Virus record (IMG/VR): IMGVR_UViG_3300042471_000812
Direction: 5' to 3' (one strand)
DNA length: 20,000 bases
DNA from: an uncultured virus (IMG/VR IMGVR_UViG_3300042471_000812)
Taxonomy: Duplodnaviria; Heunggongvirae; Uroviricota; Caudoviricetes
In this document: piece after piece, positions 15,203 through 20,000 of the stretch
Position numbering within the stretch: position 1 is the first letter of the stretch
Layout: every line of letters begins with the position of its first letter
Program-made: the position numbers and the translations under genes
Notes under the pieces: generated by a model
What the model saw: the letters and a program-made list of their open reading frames with translations, nothing else
Told to the model about the DNA's origin: nothing
Databases searched by the model: none

Positions 15203-16006
15203 ATGAGGCGGTTGAGGTTAGAAATGATGGCTGGAGAGATAGGTCTTGACCCTGATGCAGTTGCTTTTTTGGCTGCGGCTGGCATTACCGACGGCACAAT
15301 AACATCGGCAATAAACAATTTGGTTATTTCGCTCAAAAGTTTCGGCATTTGGACTAAACTAAAAGCCATTTACCCATTTGTTGGGGGCACGGCCACTACG
15401 CATAAGTTTAACTTAAAAGACCCGCAAGATGCAAACGCAGCGTTTAGGTTGGTTTTTTCTGGCGGCTGGACGCATTCTGCAAACGGGATTCAGGGCAACG
15501 GCACAAATGCGTATGCGGACACCTTCTATGTTCCAAATGCTGAATGTGATTCATTGCAAAATTCAATGTCATTTTATTCAAGAACCCAATCAAATCTTGG
15601 CAATCCTTATGAAATTTTTTCTGCGAACAATTCGGGTAATAATATAAGGCCTTATGGTCTATTGGTAAGATTTAACACTAACCAGTCTTTTTATGCAAAT
15701 GGTGCATACAATCTTTTTGTTTCAAATTCAGATAGCCGAGGTTTTTTTCAAGCATTTACTGATTTAACAAATCAAATTTTATTTAGAAATTCTTCACAAA
15801 TAGGGTCAATTGCAATACCAAATAACCTGATAAGCGGGTTTTCACTATACATTGGAGGCTCAAATGGAGCTGGAACTGCTGGACAGTTTAGTAACAAACA
15901 ATGTGCATTTGCCTCACTTGGTGGCAGCAAACTTACAACAACCGAAGCTGCCAACTACTACACCACCGTACAAGCATTTCAAACCACATTAGGCCGCCAA
16001 GTATGA
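15203..16006 (+). CDS. Putative receptor-binding / lectin-fold (LamG/ConA-like) tail protein
   Basis: N-terminus DPDAVAFLAAAGIT...LKSFGIWTKLKAIYPFVGG...HKFNLKDP and C-terminus LTTTEAANYYTTVQAFQTTLGR flank an AT-rich beta-rich centre. Confidence 0.6.
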   Translation: MRRLRLEMMAGEIGLDPDAVAFLAAAGITDGTITSAINNLVISLKSFGIWTKLKAIYPFVGGTATTHKFNLKDPQDANAAFRLVFSGGWTHSANGIQGNGTNAYADTFYVPNAECDSLQNSMSFYSRTQSNLGNPYEIFSANNSGNNIRPYGLLVRFNTNQSFYANGAYNLFVSNSDSRGFFQAFTDLTNQILFRNSSQIGSIAIPNNLISGFSLYIGGSNGAGTAGQFSNKQCAFASLGGSKLTTTEAANYYTTVQAFQTTLGRQV

Positions 16007-16275
16007 TAACACGAAACGAAATACCATTAGGCCAAGAAACCGAGTTTGTTGGCCTCTTAACCGAAACGCAAAAGGATAGTTTGGTAGGGCAGCTATTTGC
16101 CCCTGACAGCTACTACAACCCAATTCAAGATGGCAACGAGCCGCCCAACTGGGTGATTTCGGTTGAGGAGATTGACCAAACAACCAACGAAGAATTTATG
16201 TGGGTTAAGGATTTGCCTTTGATTCCTTGGGTTGCCCCTACACCAGTAAACCCATTTGAAGATGCGACCAATTAA
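16003..16275 (+). CDS. Small acidic protein, possibly a fibre assembly chaperone
   Basis: ATG 16003 overlaps the upstream stop (ATGA) and is preferred over 15901. VGLLTETQKDSLVGQ...YYNPIQD...NWVISVEE...WVKDLPLI. Function inferred from position only. Confidence 0.7.
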   Translation: MITRNEIPLGQETEFVGLLTETQKDSLVGQLFAPDSYYNPIQDGNEPPNWVISVEEIDQTTNEEFMWVKDLPLIPWVAPTPVNPFEDATN

Positions 16276-16684
16276 CCACATCGTTCTGCACACAACAGCC
16301 AGCAACATAACGGCCACGGCTGACAGCATTAACCGATACCATAAAAAGGTACTGAACTGGGGTTCGCCCGGTTACCATTTTATCATTGAACGGGACGGCA
16401 AGGTAGTGGACAACTGGCCAATTGAAAAGACCACCAACGGGGTAAAGGGCCATAACCACGATAGCATTCATATCAGCTACATCGGCGGCATTGATGCCAA
16501 GGGTAAGCCTACCGACAACCGTACTAAAGAACAGAAGCAAGCAATGGCAGAACTGGTTACCAAGCTAACCGATAAGTTCCCAAACGCTAAGGTATTAGGG
16601 CATCGGGACTTTCCGAATGTCAACAAAGCCTGCCCATGTTTTGGTGCTGGGGCTTGGTGGGCAGAAGTAAAAAAAGAGTTATGA
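16262..16684 (+). CDS. Endolysin, N-acetylmuramoyl-L-alanine amidase (Amidase_2 / T7 lysozyme-like)
   Basis: IVLHTTA (Zn His), GYHFII, GHNHDSIHISYIGG, GHRDF (His) and KACPCF (Cys). ATG 16262 is preferred over TTG 16256. Confidence 0.92.
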   Translation: MRPINHIVLHTTASNITATADSINRYHKKVLNWGSPGYHFIIERDGKVVDNWPIEKTTNGVKGHNHDSIHISYIGGIDAKGKPTDNRTKEQKQAMAELVTKLTDKFPNAKVLGHRDFPNVNKACPCFGAGAWWAEVKKEL

Positions 16685-17112
16685 TCCGAATTGCCATTCT
16701 TTTCCTTTTACTATCATCGTGCATTACTGAGAAGAAGTGTAATGAGAAGTTTCCTCCAAGGGAAAGTGTTGAGGTTCGTGATTCTATTGTGTATCGCGAT
16801 ACGACTATAATCATTCCTCCGGACACTATATCCTTTACGTTTATAGATACGTGTCAGGATATGGATACTGTGTTTATTACCAAGAAGGGAAAGGTTCGGG
16901 TGATACGTGAGAAGGGTAGAATGTGGGTGGATTGTGTTACGGCGCCGAAGGATTTTATAGCCACCTTACAAGACCTCCACCGCCACACGATACGCACCAT
17001 AGTAAAGGGATTGACATGGTGGGAGAAAGCCTTTATTTTGATTGGTAAATTCTTTTTATTTTTGTTGTTAGCAAGTATGCTATATGTAATTGGGAAACGA
17101 TGGATAAGATAA
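16681..17112 (+). CDS. Lipoprotein with C-terminal transmembrane helix, probable unimolecular spanin
   Basis: ATG 16681 (ATGA overlap). Signal peptide II MIRIAILFLLLSS|C, a beta-rich middle, and C-terminal hydrophobic AFILIGKFFLFLLLASMLYVI followed by GKRWIR. Located between endolysin and holin. Confidence 0.7.
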   Translation: MIRIAILFLLLSSCITEKKCNEKFPPRESVEVRDSIVYRDTTIIIPPDTISFTFIDTCQDMDTVFITKKGKVRVIREKGRMWVDCVTAPKDFIATLQDLHRHTIRTIVKGLTWWEKAFILIGKFFLFLLLASMLYVIGKRWIR

Positions 17113-17552
17113 CTTTTAAGGCAACGCTGTTGTCATACATTTCGGTAGTGATTTCATTCTTTATCCCATTAGCCCCTTTATTAGTGCTAGTGTTTTTCGC
17201 TGTGGTTGCTGACACCTTTGTTGGCCGGTGGTATGCTAAGAGGACAGGGGAAGTGATAACAAGCAAGAAAACTAGGGAGGGTTTTACGGCCAAGATGGTA
17301 AGCTATTGTGGTGGCCTTACCTTTGTTTATTTGCTTGATTCTTGGGTGTTGAATGAGCTTGTGATGATGTACTTCCCGAAAGACCACTTTTCAACGCTTC
17401 TAACGGCCTTATTTTTGATTTGGATAGAATATACCTCGGTAGATGAGAAAGTCAAATGGGCAACAGGAAATGGCATTACAGACAGGGTATTTGACTTTAT
17501 CAAGAAGGCAAAGAAAGGATTAGGTATTATCCGGAGTGTCAAGCCTGATTAA
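17100..17552 (+). CDS. Holin (phage holin 4-like)
   Basis: Three to four hydrophobic segments, the D...G....R....ITSKK.REG..KM motif, IE..S.DE, and a basic C-terminus. Located in the lysis cassette. Confidence 0.8.
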   Translation: MDKITFKATLLSYISVVISFFIPLAPLLVLVFFAVVADTFVGRWYAKRTGEVITSKKTREGFTAKMVSYCGGLTFVYLLDSWVLNELVMMYFPKDHFSTLLTALFLIWIEYTSVDEKVKWATGNGITDRVFDFIKKAKKGLGIIRSVKPD

Positions 17553-17877
17553 ATGTGCTGTTCTTTGTGCCGACCCCAATATGGCGAAGCACTATGAAGA
17601 TGTTTTAACAGACAAGGGGATATATTGCGTTAGGAAGAGGGGGTTTGAGATGATTGTTTCCTTTGACAACAAGTTTTCCCCAGATTTATACTTTGTAGAT
17701 TTCTCTTGTATTTCCTTTAAGGGGATAGAGGTTATGTATATGATAAAAAAGATTAGGGCCATAACCATGTCTCGGAAGGTTTTTATCCGCCGAAAGGTTC
17801 ACATCATAGGCTATGGCGCCAATCGTCATTTGTTTAAAATAGTAGATAGGTGGGTGGATTCAGTCCACGATATTTGA
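17536..17877 (+). CDS. Degenerate CheY-like receiver-domain protein
   Basis: GTG start. KCAVLCADPNMAKHYEDVLTDKGIYC...SPDLYFVD......GIEVMYMIKK...HIIGYG matches the REC beta/alpha pattern by eye. Confidence 0.5.
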   Translation: MSSLIKCAVLCADPNMAKHYEDVLTDKGIYCVRKRGFEMIVSFDNKFSPDLYFVDFSCISFKGIEVMYMIKKIRAITMSRKVFIRRKVHIIGYGANRHLFKIVDRWVDSVHDI

Positions 17878-17973
17878 TTGTCGAACCACACAATCATTCC
17901 CTTTTCATCTTTCTTTACATTAACCAAATCTTCCTTATTGACTATTAGCATAGGGGATATGGAGTGGGTAATG

Positions 17974-18372
17974 CTAAAGAGTTGGTGGGGAGTCTTCACT
18001 CTTTTTTTTAGTGGTTCTACGCCGTTTATTAGGATTGTCAGCAGATCGTAATCCTCCATCGGGAGCATGTGCTTCATCAGGAATTTGAGTGTTTTGAGTT
18101 GTATCTTCTTCATAAAGTCCAAATAGTTGTAGTAGTTGTAATGGGAAATCCTCTCTTAGTGCATTGGCACGTTTCCCTTCGGCGTGGCGTTTATTCCAGA
18201 GGGCTTTAAACTCCATGCCTTTTTTAAGCATGGCCTTCTGTGCGGCTTGCATATCGGTTTCCCCTTCGGCCACTTGGAAGGTGATGTTTTTGGCAGACTC
18301 AATAAATTTGCCAAGTATCTGCTGGTCGTTTTCTACGGCCTTATCGTTTATTTTTCTTTGTCTTCGGTTCAT
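17974..18372 (-). CDS. Hypothetical protein (132 aa)
   Basis: ATG just downstream of the terminator, MNRRQRK N-terminus, disordered charged C-terminus. Confidence 0.65.
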   Translation of the reverse strand: MNRRQRKINDKAVENDQQILGKFIESAKNITFQVAEGETDMQAAQKAMLKKGMEFKALWNKRHAEGKRANALREDFPLQLLQLFGLYEEDTTQNTQIPDEAHAPDGGLRSADNPNKRRRTTKKKSEDSPPTL

Positions 18373-18382
18373 GATAAAAGTT

Positions 18383-18410
18383 AAAAAGCCCCAGCTGTTA
18401 CACTGGGGCT
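18383..18410 (-). terminator. Rho-independent terminator
   Basis: On the - strand: AGCCCCAG-tgtaacag-CTGGGGCT followed by TTTT, about 10 nt after the stop of 18420..19103. Confidence 0.8.
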
Positions 18411-18419
18411 GTGGTTAAT

Positions 18420-19103
18420 TTAGAATGGGAAGTCCTCATCATCGCTCTCGGCCAAGAGTTCCTCTTCCCCTTGGGTTAGAGGCTTATCTGTTTCCGGGGT
18501 GGTGGGAGCTGTGCCAAAGTATGCCTCTAGGTAATCCTCTAGGAGTTGCCACACGCCCTTGCCAGACTCTTCCTCTTGCGGGGTTGTTTGCTCTAGGGTG
18601 AACTTGGGGAACTTGTAGGATACAGCGCCTTTCTTACCGGAGCCAACCTCTGAGAATTTAACTGCTCCATCGTACATGCGGTTGTTCTTTTGGAAATCAA
18701 CCCATGAGTTAAGGGCAGCGCCGGAGAGTTTGATGTTGCCAAGTTTAACCTCGCCATCGACTTCTATTGCGATGTAAATGGAGGAGGTAAACTTAATGCC
18801 TTTGGGCAGGCTTTCTTTCATTTGGCTATACAGCCCTTTTTTAATTACCCCAGACTTAGTTCTGACGGTTATCTCTTGCTTTGTGGTGTCCCTCACCTCA
18901 TTGGCATACACGCCTTGGTTTGAACTTTCGTCAAAACCGGTGATGGTGCTAAGGACATCTAGCACAATAAACCGCCCCAGTTCAAATGGGACTCTGGTAC
19001 CTGCTGCTTTATCATAGTAGCGAAAGTTACCATCAGCACCACCCCACTCTAACCAAAGAGTGCAAGGGTGCTGGTTTGTGTTACGAGGCTTAAATCTGCT
19101 CAT
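18420..19103 (-). CDS. Putative single-stranded DNA-binding protein
   Basis: Beta-rich, aromatic-rich core and an acidic tail ending SDDEDFPF, resembling the bacterial SSB C-terminal DDDIPF motif. Confidence 0.65.
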   Translation of the reverse strand: MSRFKPRNTNQHPCTLWLEWGGADGNFRYYDKAAGTRVPFELGRFIVLDVLSTITGFDESSNQGVYANEVRDTTKQEITVRTKSGVIKKGLYSQMKESLPKGIKFTSSIYIAIEVDGEVKLGNIKLSGAALNSWVDFQKNNRMYDGAVKFSEVGSGKKGAVSYKFPKFTLEQTTPQEEESGKGVWQLLEDYLEAYFGTAPTTPETDKPLTQGEEELLAESDDEDFPF

Positions 19104-19121
19104 AGTTTAACGGATTAGTGG

Positions 19122-19319
19122 TTAAAATTTTTTGCCGTAGGGCTTTAGTTCTTTGATAATGTTTTTGATTGCTGTGGCGTTTCTAACTAGCCGGAAGGAA
19201 GCTTTGCTCATAGTTTTCTGGGCAGTTTTGCATCCATTTTCGGCTTCTTCAATGTGGAGTTTTAACTCTACGGACAAGTCCTCAATGTTAGCTAGTAGGT
19301 GTAGTGCTGCTTGTTTCAT
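19122..19319 (-). CDS. Small helical protein, possibly Hc1 (histone H1-like) related
   Basis: ENGCKTAQKTMSKASFRL resembles the recalled Hc1-family core ENGNKAAGTRARKASLEL. Confidence 0.5.
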   Translation of the reverse strand: MKQAALHLLANIEDLSVELKLHIEEAENGCKTAQKTMSKASFRLVRNATAIKNIIKELKPYGKKF

Positions 19320-19806
19320 CTTTTACGAATATGCCACCTTGTGTCTTGCCAGTACGGTTTTTGATTTGTTCCCATGCTAGGGAAAGACATTCGGCGAGGT
19401 TAATGTTTCGGAGTTTACAATAGATTATGAGTGTTACAAGCACGTCTCCCACAGCGTCTTTTTCTTCTTCTTCTTTGTTTTTAAGCAGTGCGCTTGCAAG
19501 CTCACCACCTTCCTCAAAGAACTTTAGGAGTTGGGATTGGGGGGAGGTTATGCCTCTGGCATTTGCCCAGGCTTCAATGCTTGGGATAAGGGTTTCGATT
19601 GGTGTGGGTAGGGGTGCGCCGGAGTTTATGCCGACAGACTCCCAATATAGCAAACCTTCGGGGGCATCTTTCCACGAAAAGCCTCTTGCAAGTGCTGTAC
19701 GGAAAGAGGTTACTTTGAGGTCTTTGACCTCTTGGTTTAGGTTGGAGAGTGCCTTTTGCTTTACTCCTTCGGGTAGTTCTAAGAACCATTCTTTGATTGT
19801 TTTCAT
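19288..19806 (-). CDS. MazG-like nucleotide pyrophosphohydrolase fused to an N-terminal phage domain
   Basis: IEAWANARGI...QLLKFFEEGGELASALLK....EEKDAVGDVLVTLII...CL..AWEQIKNRTGK shows the MazG EExxE / ExxD pattern. There is an extra N-terminal domain of about 65 aa (GFSWKDAPEGLLYW). Confidence 0.85.
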   Translation of the reverse strand: MKTIKEWFLELPEGVKQKALSNLNQEVKDLKVTSFRTALARGFSWKDAPEGLLYWESVGINSGAPLPTPIETLIPSIEAWANARGITSPQSQLLKFFEEGGELASALLKNKEEEEKDAVGDVLVTLIIYCKLRNINLAECLSLAWEQIKNRTGKTQGGIFVKDETSSTTPTS

Positions 19807-20000
19807 AGTTGTTGTTTTACTTTTTCCCAGTAGTTAAGGGTTGATTCTTTAAGGTGTCCTTTCGGCCCGCCATTCCATTTCCGGGCAATAACCTCGGCGC
19901 TTTTATATCCGCTAACTTTTACCCACTTAGCAAAGGCTTCCTTCGACTTATCGCAATCGAGCCTATCCTCTAAGGTAAACTGTATGCCAATGTTGTTGAA
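19803..20000 (-). CDS. 3' part of a lysozyme-like / lytic transglycosylase (destabilase-like) protein, truncated by the window end; not in ORF track
   Basis: Translation FNNIGIQFTLEDRLDCDKSKEAFAKWVKVSGYKSAEVIARKWNGGPKGHLKESTLNYWEKVKQQL*, containing the AR.WNGGP.G....T..YW.KV motif. The stop overlaps the MazG ATG. Confidence 0.75.
   Translation of the reverse strand, partial: FNNIGIQFTLEDRLDCDKSKEAFAKWVKVSGYKSAEVIARKWNGGPKGHLKESTLNYWEKVKQQL

Noticed and set aside
14064..16006. Diversity-generating retroelement (TR/VR pair) in the duplicated or variable tail segments
   Set aside because: No reverse transcriptase is in the window, and differences between repeat copies are not confined to adenines.
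105..17542. Numerous - strand ORFs (60-211 aa) antisense to the + arm genes, and alternate-frame + ORFs such as 13001..13270, 13649..13954 and 15429..15647
   Set aside because: They are fully nested in well-supported genes and have shadow-ORF composition with no recognisable motifs.
17826..18122. - strand 98-aa ORF
   Set aside because: It overlaps both 17974..18372 (alternate frame) and the end of 17536..17877, and reads like a frameshifted shadow. A short 41-aa version from 17951 cannot be excluded but is unsupported.
18164..19837. + strand ORFs opposite the SSB-like, MazG-like and neighbouring genes
   Set aside because: These are antisense shadows of better-supported - strand genes.
1..20000. 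Stop-codon reassignment as in some Bacteroidota phages
   Set aside because: The standard code gives dense, coupled, full-length genes, with TAA, TGA and TAG all used as apparent stops.

Overview
This window is part of a tailed dsDNA bacteriophage genome. The host is most likely Bacteroidota, an inference from a TAnnTTTG-type promoter element, AT-rich starts without clear Shine-Dalgarno motifs, and the lysis and accessory gene types. Bases 1-17877 form a tightly coupled + strand late/virion arm. It contains the 3' end of an unknown gene; a 3146-aa polyvalent, ejection-type protein with an AT-rich R-S-E ADP-ribosyltransferase-like cassette, a complete C5-cytosine DNA methyltransferase domain and an LPD38-like C-terminus; five consecutive small Lys-rich proteins (three missing from the ORF track); structural and tail-fibre genes; a lysis cassette (amidase, probable unimolecular spanin, holin); and a degenerate receiver-domain-like gene. 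Bases 17974-20000 are a convergent - strand arm: hypothetical gene, terminator, SSB-like gene, Hc1-like gene, MazG-like fusion and a partial lysozyme-like gene. Two observations stand out: the effector-loaded giant protein, and a strongly over-represented, strand-biased CGCCGAA motif that occurs in all three reading frames, is roughly 1.1-1.3 kb spaced through much of the giant gene, and is sometimes followed by a local G/T-to-A/C composition switch. All family assignments come from recognising motifs by eye; no database searches were run.
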